Below, one piece after another: positions 46,008 through 59,210 of a stretch of 64,000 bases of DNA (positions are counted from its first letter, which is position 1; every line of letters starts with the position of its first letter). This stretch comes from the human T2T-CHM13v2.0 reference genome, Homo sapiens. The stretch lies in assembly GCF_009914755.1 (NCBI RefSeq), contig NC_060947.1; one strand, written 5' to 3'. The notes beneath the pieces are model-generated. The model saw nothing but the letters and a program-made list of their open reading frames with translations, searched no databases and was not told the origin of the DNA. The position numbers were made by a program, and so were the translations under genes.

Positions 46008-46019
46008 AAACCACCACCT

Positions 46020-46843
46020 CAATAAATTTAACAACTTACATGAAATGGATAAATTCCTTAGAAGAATACAACTTACAAAACTGAGTAAGATAGAACTGAA
46101 AACTCTATCTATATACATTACAAAAATGAATTACTAAAATCTTTTATATAAAGAAAAATTGATGCTCACAGAGCTTTACCAGTAAATTGCTTTACACATT
46201 AATTTAGCAGTTCTTATGCAAATACTTTCAGGAATTGAAGTGAACACTTCCCAACTCATTCTATGAGGTCAATATAATCTTGATGTCAAAACCTGACTAT
46301 TCTTCTAGGTACTTATCCAAGATAAGTGAAAACATGTGTTCACAAAAAGATTTATACAAGAACACTCCTCACAACTTCATTCATAATAACAGAAACTGGA
46401 AACCACCCAAATGTCCATTAACAGGTGAAAATATGAAAAATATATGTTATATTGATTTAACAGAATACTCCTCAGCAAATGAAAGGGATAAACTTTTCAT
46501 TCAAACAATAACATAGATGATTCTCAAAGATATATTGTTGAGCAAGAGAAGTCAGATATAAAAAAGGTATAACCTATGATTTTATGATATGAAGTTCTGG
46601 AACATGTAAAACTAATCTACAGAGATAGACATCAGAAAATTGTTGATTCCAGATGCGGGGAGCAGTGATGGCAGGGTCCGCTCAAAAAGGAACATGAAGG
46701 AAAATTAAGTGGTAAGGGAAATGTTTTGCATTTTGCTTTGGGTGGTGGTTACATGGGAATTTTGATGGTCAAAATTCATCAAACTGAACAGGTAAAATCT
46801 CTATATATTTACAGTGTTTTAATTATACTTCAATTTGAAAAAA
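46020..46843 (+). mobile_element. Old L1M ORF2 pieces and 3' end (L1MC/MD/ME)
   Basis: 'tgaaatggataaattcctt', 'aactggaaaccacccaaatgtccattaacaggtgaa', 'gtcaaaattcatcaaactgaaca'. Confidence 0.8.
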
Positions 46844-47408
46844 AGGCTTGCAAAGAATGGAAGCAGCAGGAACCTTGGAGTAATATAAAGCTGAATGGAG
46901 GGTCCCTTAAAATTGAGCAGAGGAGCAGGAAATAGTATTGTTAATTCATTTTGGCAAACCTCTATCAATGTCTTATAATTGTATGAATTCATATTTATCA
47001 AAGATTTAATGTAGAATGTCTGCAAGTATGGAAGTCTCAAGTTTTTAGTAGGTGACTTTCCTAGATTTCTGAGTGTAATTTCCAATCAACAGAAAAATTA
47101 TAAACCAAAAGCTATCATAAAACTCTTTGTATTACATTAGCCTCTGCAATAAAAATTATTAGCATTCCAAAGGTGAAATCCAAAAGCAATTTTAATTGTA
47201 ATCTGTGCAAATTATGAATTTTTGTTTTAAAAATTATAAAGTAACATATATTTGGTCAAAATTTTTAAAGTCAAATTATACCAAAATGTATACATTGCAA
47301 GGTGAATCCCTTTCTCATTGATACCCTCCAAAATTTTACTTCCAAGAGTGCTTGCCTTTAAAATTTTGGATGTATTCTTTCAGGACTTGCCTATGAGCAC
47401 AAATTGTT

Positions 47409-47440
<32 letters not shown>

Positions 47441-48184
47441 GGTATGTAAAGCGGAAAGCAGGCTTTTTTCTTAGTATACTATATGAGGTACAGGCTTGCT
47501 CTTGCCCTTCCAAACACACATGACAACAGCAACAAAGGCTATCCTTGTTTAGAATTTACTTTACTTTCACTGTTATGACTTGATCATCTAAAGTGAAATG
47601 CTGAGCTAAGCTAGATGTCGACGTAGATTTATAATTGAAAAAAAAGAGGCTCTGCTTTTGAGGAGCATGTAATCTAATTAGGGAGGACAAGGCAAGAAAT
47701 GACTTTGATACAGACAAATAAGTTAAATACTAGAAAGGAAGAATTAAGTTATCTTGTGTCACTTTGGAAATACCAGCCAACATATAGTTAGCATTGGCAA
47801 ATCTAAAAAGTTACAGTTGCCTTTGCCATTAGAAATTGCTAACACCTAATAAAGTTTCTGTAGAATGATTTGGAAATTGACAAAGATCAGTCAGCAATGC
47901 TCACTGTTCAAGCATGGGCACATGTATAAGTGATCAGCCACCTGTCACTTTGTTGCTATGAAGCTGCTTATACACCTATATGAACTTGGTTGACAAATCA
48001 GCACAGTTATTCATATAGATATATAGTGATCTCTGTAACTCATATAGTCTGGCCTGAAATATCCACTTTGCTTTTGTGTAGTTTTGTAGTTTGCCTAGGT
48101 CATATGATAAAATATTGCACATAATAAGATCCTTGTCACCAATTCCTCCAGCAAGATAAAGTATCAACTTGATCCTCTCAGCCC

Positions 48185-48735
48185 AGTACCATTACTACAT
48201 GATAAATTACCACAAAATGTAGCAGCTTAAAATGATCATAATAAGATGCTCATGGATTCTATGTTTAGGAATTGAGATAAAGTGAGATGGCTTGTCTGTG
48301 TTCCAAAATGCATAGGGCCTAAGTGAGGGAGACTTCACACTGTAGGTACATTAATGGCTGAGGACTGGAATTATCTGGAGATGTCTTCACTCCCATTTCT
48401 GGTGCTTAATACTGGCTGTAATCTGGGACTTCAGCTGTGTTTGTTGACCAAAACACATAAACAGGGCCTCTCCATGTGTCCTGGGTTTTCTCAGAGCATG
48501 CTCATCTCAAGGTAGTCAGATTTCTTAATGACAGTTCAATGCTCCAAAAGTTAATGTTCCATTGAGTATAGCAGAAGCAGCATTGTCTTTAATTACCTAG
48601 CCTCAGAAATCATGAGGTGTTACATTCACCACATTCTATTTGTAATGAGTCAGTCACAAAGGCCAACACAAATTCAAGGGGACAGAACTTATATCTCATT
48701 CATTGATGAGAGATGTGTAAATAAATTGTGAAAGT
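48185..48735 (-). mobile_element. MaLR LTR (MLT1G/H-like)
   Basis: 'aaattaccacaaaatgtagcagcttaaaa...cctagcctcagaaatcat...aaattcaaggggacagaac'. Confidence 0.75.
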
Positions 48736-49978
48736 CTTACAAAAGAAACAATTAGGGAAGGTTTTCATTTCAATGAGAAAAACAATTTAAACAAAAAGCT
48801 ACCTCTTGAAAAAAATTGTGTAACAAAAAGAATTAAATGGAAAAGACATATGCTATAGTATAACAGTATTGATCCTACTACAGTGAAATCATTTTGCACA
48901 CATTATACCAGCCAATGCAAGTTCCTACTGAGGGAAATATATATGTTGCAAAACCATGTTTCCTCCCCTTGTCAATCCCAGTGAGAGTTTGTAGCCATCA
49001 CTGGGATATCTAACATCACCCGTTGCGACATTTTGGTGTGTAAAGTTTGGGAAATATTAAAAATCTTCTGAACTGAAAATATCTTTAAGGTGATGATATT
49101 TTATTTTGGCAGTTATAAAGAGCTATAAAAATTAGCAGTGTCTCAGAATGTAAATTTGCTAATTCCACAGTGTTAAAGTTTTCCTATTTTGCTTTGTTTA
49201 TGAAATTTTAGAGTGCCAGGGAATACACTATGTCTTGCAAATTATTTTTTAAAGCATAATAAATGGTATATGCCCACAAAATCCACAGTCTATGAAGGGA
49301 AAAAATAAATATAATTTTAAAACTCTATAAGCAAGGATGAGATTGCCAAAATTTCATTGGACATAATGACATTTGCACAGTGTAACCTTCCTTCAAAGTG
49401 ATAGCTTCTTAAATTTACACAACTGTAGATGAAAAACAACCAAATAATTACTAAACAGTTTCCTTTTTTGGATATCAAGGGTAATAAGCAGATACCAAAT
49501 AACTGAATTCTCCAGGTAACAAAAATCTCCCTCTTTTAGCAAGCAGGTTAAGAATTTTCTAAATTATATTAGATGGCTTATATTATCTTTAAATTAACAC
49601 ACATGATATAATTTAACCTTTTGGTAGATAAGTTTATTATTAGTAAATCAATTATTGCATTGTGTTTTAAATTCTGGTACCATCATCACAAACAAAAGTC
49701 ATGGAATTATCTATACTTACCTTAGATATACTCAGCCTACCACATTTACTTTTATATTTTATATTTTGGCCTCTGTGTCTGAAGTGAGCAGGAGTGATGG
49801 GAGTAGAGTTTATATATGTTAAAAAAAAAACACACAGTATTTTCATCACCTTGATTCACTAACACTTGTGTCACTAATTGCCAGAACTGTATATAGTCTC
49901 TCTATGCATGTGTTTTTCTGAATCATTTGAAAGTTATAATATATATGATATATATGATGTGTATATGATATATATGAC

Positions 49979-50010
<32 letters not shown>

Positions 50011-50482
50011 CAGCATGGATCCCCTAAGAATGAAATATATCACAAACACACGAATTTATGTGTACAGCAGTATTATCATATTGTTTATCCAATATTACAA
50101 ATAATGATTTTATACCTTTTTACAAATCCATGATTCTGCACTGCATTTACTTGTTATGTTTCTAAAATGTCATTTAATTCAGAAGTGTATCACCTTCACG
50201 ATACTGACATATTGGAAGCATCTAGATCAATTGTTTCATAGAATGTCTTACAATTCAGATTTGTATAATTGTTTCCACATAATCAGATTCAGGTTAAACA
50301 TGTTTGGTAAAATTTCTACAGGGGTGGTACATGCTTTCCTTCACATCGCATCAAGGAGACACATAATATCAGTTTACCCCGTAATTGCGGACAATTTAGT
50401 TAAATTGGGGTTCTCTACAATACCCTTTTTAAAGGTACACTTTTACTTGTGTAGCTATACATAATCAGTGGGGTGACAGTTT

Positions 50483-53369
50483 CTTTTTTTTTTCTTCAAC
50501 TTTTAAGTTCCAGAGTACATGTACAGGATGTGCAGGTTTGTTATATAGGTAAATAAGTGCCATGGTGGTTTGCTTCACAGATCAATCCATCCCCTAGGTA
50601 TTAAGCCCAATATACGTTACCTATTCTTCCCAGTGCTCTTCCTCCCCTGTCCTCCCCAGCAGACCCCAGTGTGTGTTGTTTCCCCACCCATGTGTTCTCA
50701 TCCTTCAGCTCCCAATTATAAGTGAGAACATATGATGTTTGGTTTTCTCTTCCTGCATTAGTTTGCTGAGGATAATTGCTTCCAGCTCCACCCATGTCTC
50801 TGCAAAGGACATGATCTCATTCTTTTTATGGCTGCATAGTATTCCATGGTGTATATGTACCACATTTTCTTTATCCAGTCTATCACTGATGGACATTTGG
50901 GTTGAGTCCATGTCTTTGCTATTGTGACTAGTGCTAAAATGAACATATGCATGCATGTATCTTTATAATAGAATGACTTATATTCCTTTGGTTATATACC
51001 CAGTGATGAAATTCCTGGATCAAATGGTGTTTTTGCTTCTAGAACTTTGAGGACTTGCCACATTGTCTTCCACAACACTTGAACTAATTTACACTCCCAT
51101 CAACAGTGTAAAATTGTTCCTTTTTCTCCGTAACCTCACCAGCATCTGTTGTTTCCTGACTTTTTAATAATCACCATTCTGACTGGTGTGAGATGGTATC
51201 TCACTGCAGTTTTGATTTGCATTTCTCTAATCATCAGTGATGGTGAGTTGTTTTTTTTTTCATATGTTTTTGGGACACATGTATGTCTTCTTTTGAGAAG
51301 TGTCTGGTCATATCCTTTACCCATTTTTTAATGAGTATTTTTTTCTTGGAAATTTGTTTAAGTTCCTTATAGACTCTAGATATTAGACCTTTCTCGAATG
51401 GATAGATTGCAAAAATTTTCTCCCATTCTGTAGGTTTTGTAAGTTCTCCTGGACGATATCCTGAAGTCTGTTTTCCAACTTGGTTCTGTTCTCCCCATGT
51501 CTTTCAGGTACCCTAATCAGTCACAGGTTTGGTCTTTTTATATAATCCCATATTTCTCAGAGGTTTTCTCCATTCCTTTTCATTTTTTTCTCTATTCTTG
51601 TCTGCCTATCTTATTTCAGAAGGATAGTCTTCAAACTCTGAGATTCTTTCCTCCACTTGGTCTATCCTGCTATTGATACTTGTGATTGCACTGTGAAATT
51701 CTTGTGTTTTTCAGCTCATCAGGTCAGTTATGTTCCTCTCTAAACTGGCTATCAGTTCCTGTGCTGTTTTATCATGATTCTTAGCTTCTTGGCATTGGGT
51801 TACAACATACTCCATTAGCTCAGTTAAGTTTGTTATTACCCACCTTCTGAAGCCTACTTCTGTCAATTCAGCCATCTCAGCCTCAGCTCAGTTCTGTGCC
51901 CTTGCTGGAGAGGTGTTGAAGTCATTTGGAGGAGGTGAGGCACTCTGGCTTTTTGAGTTTTCAGCGTTTTTTGCATTGATTCTTTTTCATCTTTTTGGGT
52001 TTATCTACTTTCTATCTTTGAGGTTGCTGATCTTTAAATAGAGTTTTTGTGGGGGACTTTTTTGTTGATGTTGTTGTTGCTATTTGTTTTTCCTTTAACA
52101 ATCAGACCCCTCTTCTGTAGGGCTGCTGCAGTTTGCTGGGGGTCCACTCCAGACCCTAATTGCTGGATCCCTCCCGCACCTGGAGGTATCACCAGGGAAC
52201 GCTGCAAAACAGCAGAGATGGCAGCCTGCTCCTTCCTCTGGGAGCTCCATCCCAGAGGGGCACCGACCTGATTGCAGCCTGAACGCTACTGTAGGAGGTG
52301 TCTGGAGAACCCTGTTGGGGGGAGTCTCACCCAGTCAGGAGGAACGGGATCAGGAACCTGCTTAAAAAAGCAGTCTGGCTGCCCCTTGGTGGAGCAGGTG
52401 CACTGCACTGGTGGGAGGACCCCCCTTGTCCAGACCACTTGGACTCTCCGGAGCCAGCAGGCAGAAAAGACTAAGTCAGCTGAATCACAGAGACCACGGC
52501 TGCCCCTTTGTCCAGGGGCTCCACCCCAGGAAGATCAGAGTTCTGTAAAATCCTGGCTGGAGTTGCTGAAATTCCTGCAGAGAGGCCCCACCTGGTGAGG
52601 AGGTGTGGATCAGGCTCCCACTTAAAGGAACTGTCTGGCCACAATCTGCCACAGCAGTTGTGCTGCACTGTGGGGAATTCCTCCAGGTCCAGACCACCCA
52701 GACCTCCAGGAGCTGGCAGGGGAAAACGGCCCACTGGAGCTGCAGTGATGGTGGCTGCCCCTCCCCAAAGGGAACTCAGTCATCTCTGGGGCAGTCTTCA
52801 GCCTGCTGCCACTGGCCAGCTGGAATTCCAAGCCAGTGGGTCTTAACCTCTGAGGTGCTGGGTGAGCAGAGCCTGCTGAGCGACGCTGCTTGGCTCCCTG
52901 GCTTCTGCCCCCTTCCTAGGGGCATGGTCAGCTCTCCTGCCTCACTGGAATTCCTGGGCAGGATTACGCAAAAACTCCTGTGTCTCCGTGCCTGCCTGAG
53001 CGGCTGCCAAGAGTCCACACAGCTCTGTGCTTTGGATCCAAGGCCCTGGTGGCATGGGCTCATGAGAGGATCGCCTGACCCATGGGTTGCAAAGATCTGT
53101 GGGAAAATCATGGTTTCCTGGGCAGGGTCGCAAAATCACTCACCACCTCCCTTGGCTGGGGGTGAGGGCTCCCCACGCTCCTTGCCACTCTTGGGCAGGC
53201 CGCTGCCCCACCCTGCTTTTCCTCGCTCTCCATAGGTTGTGCCAACCACCTAGTCAGTCCCAATGCGAGAACCTGGATACCTCAATTGAAGGTGTAGAAT
53301 TCACTAGCCATTTTCCTTCTTTGTGAGAGCCACGGACTGCAGCTGCTTCTAATCAGCCATCTTGGCCCA
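50483..53369 (-). mobile_element. L1PA (about L1PA10-13) with complete 5'UTR and 3' end but a large internal deletion
   Basis: GGCCAAGATGG 5' end near 53367; 5'UTR about 52020-53369; ORF1 5' part 51441-52020; ORF2 C-terminus and 3'UTR 50483-51440; TSD gggtga(c/t)agttt at 50471-50482 and 53370-53381. Confidence 0.93.
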
Positions 53370-53631
53370 GGGTGATAGTTTAACACAGTGGAAAGTTCAG
53401 GTGCCCCAAAACCCAATGGCTTTAGCATCCATTAATGATCCCTGCCTAAATCAGTTATCACTTTGCTCATTTATAATTGTCACTTTCTAATTGCTTTATT
53501 CCATCTATTTTGGCTGTCATTCTTTCATAACAAGAACTTTCACTCCTTACTGTTCCCTCTTTTTGAATACTAACATGGATTCAATCATTTTTTCTCAATT
53601 GTCTATGTTATAGCTTCTACTGTCACTATCC

Positions 53632-53953
<322 letters not shown>

Positions 53954-54170
53954 TCACTATTCTTTTTGATGTTCAATTGAACCACATGTGGCCAGTGGGG
54001 GCCCTTTTAAGCTGACACGCCCTCATTGATATTTGAGCAAGTCTTCGGCAAAAAAGTTCCAGACTCTGCTCTTTCCATATTCAGACCTAGAATCAGTTGT
54101 TTATCCAAGGAGGACTGGTTCTTTTCAGTGAGTAATGGTATTTAGAAAAAAATATTTGAGTATTAAGTGT

Positions 54171-54885
54171 TGTGACAGTAATCAATTTATTACCTCTCAG
54201 TTCCAGCTGCACACTTCAATATATACTCTGTGGTAATACACAAAATTCCTTTGTTTCTCCTATAAAGTGGGAATGATGTTAGGCTTTCTTAGGAGGCACA
54301 GGAGGCACATATTACAGCAGGAAAGGATCCTCTTGCAGTATGGTAGAACAGTTGTGCCAGTGGAAGGACACAGTGGCACTCTGCCCCAGCGATGCACGTA
54401 GCATGCCTGATCCTTGGCAAACTGAGATCCTTGGCCTGGTTAAACTAGTACCTCAAAAGTTTCCTCCTTACACCACCTGATTAACCTCTGCAAGTCCCAT
54501 GCTATTCAACTGTGGCCCAGAGGATTTTTATTTTCTCGTTGCAGATTGCCTGGTGATTGCCCACTCTTTGGTTGCACTCTGAAAGTTTGCTTCCTGCTTG
54601 TCCAGTTGACTGCAGACAAGCTCTGGTCTGGGAAAACCAGCAAACTTCTCCACTATCTAGTGGGCTGAACGACACTTTCACCCACGAGATCTGAAACCCA
54701 ACCCTGGGGCAGGGCCTCCTTCCAAATTTGTCCTTCTTTCCATACTGTCCTTCAGCTGGAGTACCATATAGAGTTTCTGCACATCTTATAGTCACCTATT
54801 ATCACAATCTAATAATTTTTATTAATCTTCCCCTGTTTAACCAACATTGTGATTTCTGTATCCTGATTGGGCTTAGACTGATACA
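54171..54885 (+). mobile_element. ERVL solo LTR (LTR41-like)
   Basis: Starts tgtgacagtaatcaatttattacctctcagttcca, ends tcctgattgggcttagactgataca. Confidence 0.75.
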
Positions 54886-55600
54886 GGGGTGCTCATTGCA
54901 ATGAGTGCCATTGTTTGTAGGTCCTTTGAGTGGGCACAGATAGGATGCATACATAAAGAACTCACACTGATATCTCTAATTCAAATGCACCCCCACAAGC
55001 TGTTCCTCACTCTTCATAGTTGTATCTCCCTTTTCTCACAGTGAGAAACTTGCTTCAAAACAACATCAGTATATTAATCATTAGAACCGATACACACAGG
55101 ATATTATATTACTCTATAATATACACAATAGAGTTTAGAATCACTAAACCAATACCACTACTAACAACAAAACTACTATGTAATATTCAATGCTTATTTG
55201 TAGATTTTTGTTCTTAAAATTTATCTAGTAAGTATTTAATCATAGTCCTGGATACAAAAATTAATTTATTATCATTTCCGTAGAAGGACAAATTTGGAAG
55301 GAGGCCCTGCCCCAAGGTTGGGTTTCAGACCTTGTGGGTGAAGGTGTCGTTCAGCCCACTAGATAGTGGAGAAGTTTGCTGGTTTTCCTAGGCCAGAGCT
55401 GGTCTGCAGTCAACTGGACAAACAGGAAGAAACCTTTCAGAGTGCAACCAAAGAGTGGGCAATCACCAGGCAATCCGGAACCAGAAAAATAAAAATCCTC
55501 TGGGCCACAGTTGAATAGCGTGGGACTTGGAGAGGTTAATCAGCTGGTGTAAGGAGGAAACTTTTGAGGTACTGGTTTAACCAGGCCAAGGATCTAAGTT
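54420..55600. repeat. Long inverted repeat: arms 54420-54737 and 55282-55600, 544-bp spacer
   Basis: Hand alignment gives about 318 bp with about 19 differences including one 1-bp indel. Confidence 0.96.
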
Positions 55601-55706
55601 ATACATATAATCAGTCTGATATAGATTATAAGTTCATTTATCTATGTTTTCAATTTTTGGATTCAGTTAATTCCCTTTTTGATATTTATGTTTGTTATTT
55701 CTTAAA

Positions 55707-55996
55707 TCTTTTTTAGAGGCAGGATCTTGCTTTGTAACCCACATTGGAGTGCAGTGGCATGATCACAGCTCACTGAAGCCTCACACTCCTTGGCTCAAAT
55801 GATCCTCCTGCCTCAGCCTCCCAAGTAGCTTGGGAATACAGGTGCACAACACCACCCCTGGTTAATTATAAATAATTGTAGAGACAGAGTCTTTCTATGT
55901 TGCCTAGGCTGGTCTAGAACTCCTGTCCTCAAGTGATACTCTTGCCTTGGCCTCTCAATGTGCTGGAATTACAGGCATGAGCCAGTGAGCCTGGCC
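55707..55996 (-). mobile_element. AluJ element
   Basis: Diverged dimer with AluJ-type 'gatcacagctcactg', 'ggctcaaatgatcctcc'. Confidence 0.92.
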
Positions 55997-57247
55997 CCCT
56001 TTTTGGTCTTTTTAAAATTTAAAATATTCATCATTTCAAAGTGGATTCTACTTATTAAAGACTTTCTCACTCTGATTTCCCTCTATTAGACCATCAGCTA
56101 TTTCAGAGAAGTGCTATGACTGCATCCCTAATTACTCCTTTATTCTCTCAAACATTATAACTTTTGACTTTTAATGTTCTCCCCTCTGTAAAACAAAACA
56201 TCCAAATGTGTTAAAATGAAAGTTAAACTCTGAGTAAATAGACTCTACCTGAGAACCTATAGTGTTATTATCCAAATGGTATGTGTTTAAAAACCTATTA
56301 GTGAATGAATTTCTTTAAAATAGTAAGGCTTTCAAATGTCTTTGCATGTTCTGCTGTATTCAAAATTACTGACATTCCAAGATGAGTGATTGCCAACAAA
56401 TAAAATATTGGCATACTCCAATGAAATGTTAAAATGACCTGTAAGAGGATTATGATTCTTCCCAGGATGATGAACAAAGTGGTGTACAAAGGCTTTCCTG
56501 AAAACCTAGAAACTCATTATTTTAAAATTCACAGCCATTAATTGCTACATATTACAATAAACCATTAATATCAACTAAGAACTACACATATACACACACA
56601 CAGACTCTTTCTAGTTTATCACTTTTGTTTGTGTGTGTATACATATGATATAAAACATTTTTAAACCTATATTTTATATATTTTCAAATATGAGATGAAA
56701 TGAAAAGTATGAAAAAGCAAGCCCTAAAATAATAATAAACAATAAGAATAAAAATAATTAGTTTGCTTATAATGGCTCTTAAACATTTGACGTAATCATG
56801 ACATAAAATCCACGAGTCCACATTTATTTATGAAAATGATGAAAGTATACCTGTTTGGCATGAGCATGCCTACTCACAAATGAGAACATATTTATACTAA
56901 TGCATCCATTCAATCTAAAGTAGGACATATGTTTGCTGATTTTTCCTGGTGCTAAATGTGTAGCATTGGTGAATAAATCCTGAGTCATGCAAGTATAATA
57001 TGTAATGCCTTCCCAGAATTGTGTTATGTCCTGAAAGGAATAGGAAAAAATATTGTGATGTATGTATTATTAGGCAAAGGAGAGTACAGTCTATTGGAGA
57101 AATAATAAGTGATCAAATTGGATTGATAACACATAAAATCATCAAAATATCATGATTTAGCTTGAGTTATAAGTATTATACAAATAATTTAAATATTTTG
57201 CTGACAAAATTATCAAGTTTTTATTCATTCCTTTTTGTATTCTAGAC

Positions 57248-57585
57248 CAGGGGTCCCCAATCCCTGGGCTGTGAACCATGGCCTGTTAGGAACCAGGCAA
57301 CACAGCAGGAGGTGAGCAACAGATGGGTGAGCATTACCACTTGAGTTCTACCTCCTGTCAGATCAGTGGAGGCATTAGATTATCATAGGACAGCAAACCC
57401 TATTGTAAACTGTGCATGTAAGGGATTTAGGTTGCACCCTCCTTATGAGAATCGAACTAATGCCTGATCATCTGAGGTGAAACAGTTTCATCCCGAAACC
57501 ACCCTCCTCCCCCACCAAGAATGTCTGTAGAAAAATTGTCTTCCTCAAAACTTGTCCCTGGTGACAAAAAGGTTGCAGACCACTG
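57248..57585 (+). mobile_element. MER1B (hAT-Charlie MITE)
   Basis: caggggtcccc...gaccactg termini; 8-bp TSD ttctagac / ctctagac. Confidence 0.93.
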
Positions 57586-57639
57586 CTCTAGACTACTGTT
57601 TCATTAAATATGATTTCCATTTCTTGTTAAATATTATAG

Positions 57640-59210
57640 TTAATTTATTTTAAAGTATGTATTATTAATACATAACATGTATGTACTTTGTGTAAAAATT
57701 AAGAAATATGATAATAAAGTACCCAAGAACCCACCATCCAACTTACAAACTGGAACGTAATATACTGCTTTTATTTGTAGACTCTATTTTAGATATTTAT
57801 CCTGCCTTGTTGCCAGAGGTAACCACTATTCTAAATGCTGTGTTTATTTCTCCCTTGTTTCAAAAATATGTGAATTGATACCTTTACCCCCTCCCAATTT
57901 AAAAACCCTAGAATACTTTGATATTGCTATCTTTTGACTATTTTTATTATATTTTGATTCTGTTCATTTTAAGATCAGACATTACTTTGTTTCTTTAATT
58001 TTCAGCTCTTCATAAATCTCTGCCTTTCAGAGATTTATTTATTGGTGAATCTGAACCTTTAGAATTTCTTTTAGACTGAGTCTGCTGATGGCAAATTCCA
58101 GTTTTAGCTTCATTTTGTTTCGTTTCCTTTACATTAGTTCTGGGAAAATGTTTTACCTGGATATACATATAGGATTTATTTTATTTTGAAAGGCAAATTG
58201 AACAAGTCATTCTATTTTCTCCTGAATTCCACTGTGACTTACAGTCTGTCTCCCTTTTGAGGTTTATCTATCTTATTTTTATTAGATTATTTTTAATGTT
58301 TCCTTCTGCTTTTTATTCTGTTTCACTATGTGTCCAGTGAGAGTGTGTGTGTATACATGCACATATGTACCTAACGTTGATGGAGATTTGTTGGGTTACT
58401 TGAATCTGTGGAATAGTATCTTTTATCAGTTTTACAATATTCTTCAGCCATTATCTATTCAAATATTGCCTTTTCTCCTTTAATTCTCACTTCTTCTAAC
58501 TGATATTAACTATATGTTCTATCTTTGTATTGTATCCTCCATGACTTTTATCCTGTTTTGTATTTTTGTTTAACTGTGCTTTATTCTAGGTATTTTTCTG
58601 ATGTATTTTCTGGTTCACCAGTACTCTTTATAAATATTCACTGACATGCTTCCAGTTCACCAATTCTCTCTTCAGCTATGTTAATCTGATGTTAACCACA
58701 TATACTGAATTATTGATTTTAATTATTTTGTGTTCCAGTAATTCTATTTTTTGTTTTTATATGTACTATGTCATCTTTATGGTTATTCACTGAATATATT
58801 TTAAACCTTTATTTTAATGCATTGAAGAAAATGTACTTATTTTATACCCTGATAATCTCAACAGATTTTTGTGGTCTGTTTTACTGGTTCTCACTTTTTT
58901 TGGTCTTATTTTCCTATGTGCCTCCCAATATTCCTATAAGGCCAGTTAAAAACTACAACTTTTGTTTCACAGCTGTTTCTTTACAAGAAGCAATACCCTG
59001 AGGGAAAATAATAACTTTGGTACCAAGCTTACCTCTCTTGATTTTGCAAACCCACCCCACACACATCTTTATCTGGTAATTTCTTACTCTCTTGTTAGCT
59101 ATTTTATGCACTTAGGGATTTATTTTTTAAAGTTCATCTGACTCTTTTAATTGTCCTCAGCAGGATGCTTAGGAATAATTCTCTAAGCCTCCTTCCCAGA
59201 AGTAAAAGTC
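57640..59210 (-). mobile_element. Old L1ME fragments
   Basis: 'ccagaggtaaccactattctaaat', 'cagccattatctattcaaatattg', 5'-end-like 'cttcccagaagtaaaagtc'. Confidence 0.65.

Noticed and set aside
52272-53326. Cluster of long ORFs, including 210 aa at 52603-53235
   Set aside because: They lie in the GC-rich L1 5'UTR, where stops are rare; no recognisable domain, and the element appears older than the L1PA subfamilies that carry ORF0
56960-57020. AP-1 (TGAGTCA) and STAT-like (TTCCCAGAA) motifs; similar AP-1 and C/EBP-like sites near 37309 and 37636
   Set aside because: Short motifs are expected by chance in 64 kb and there is no chromatin evidence
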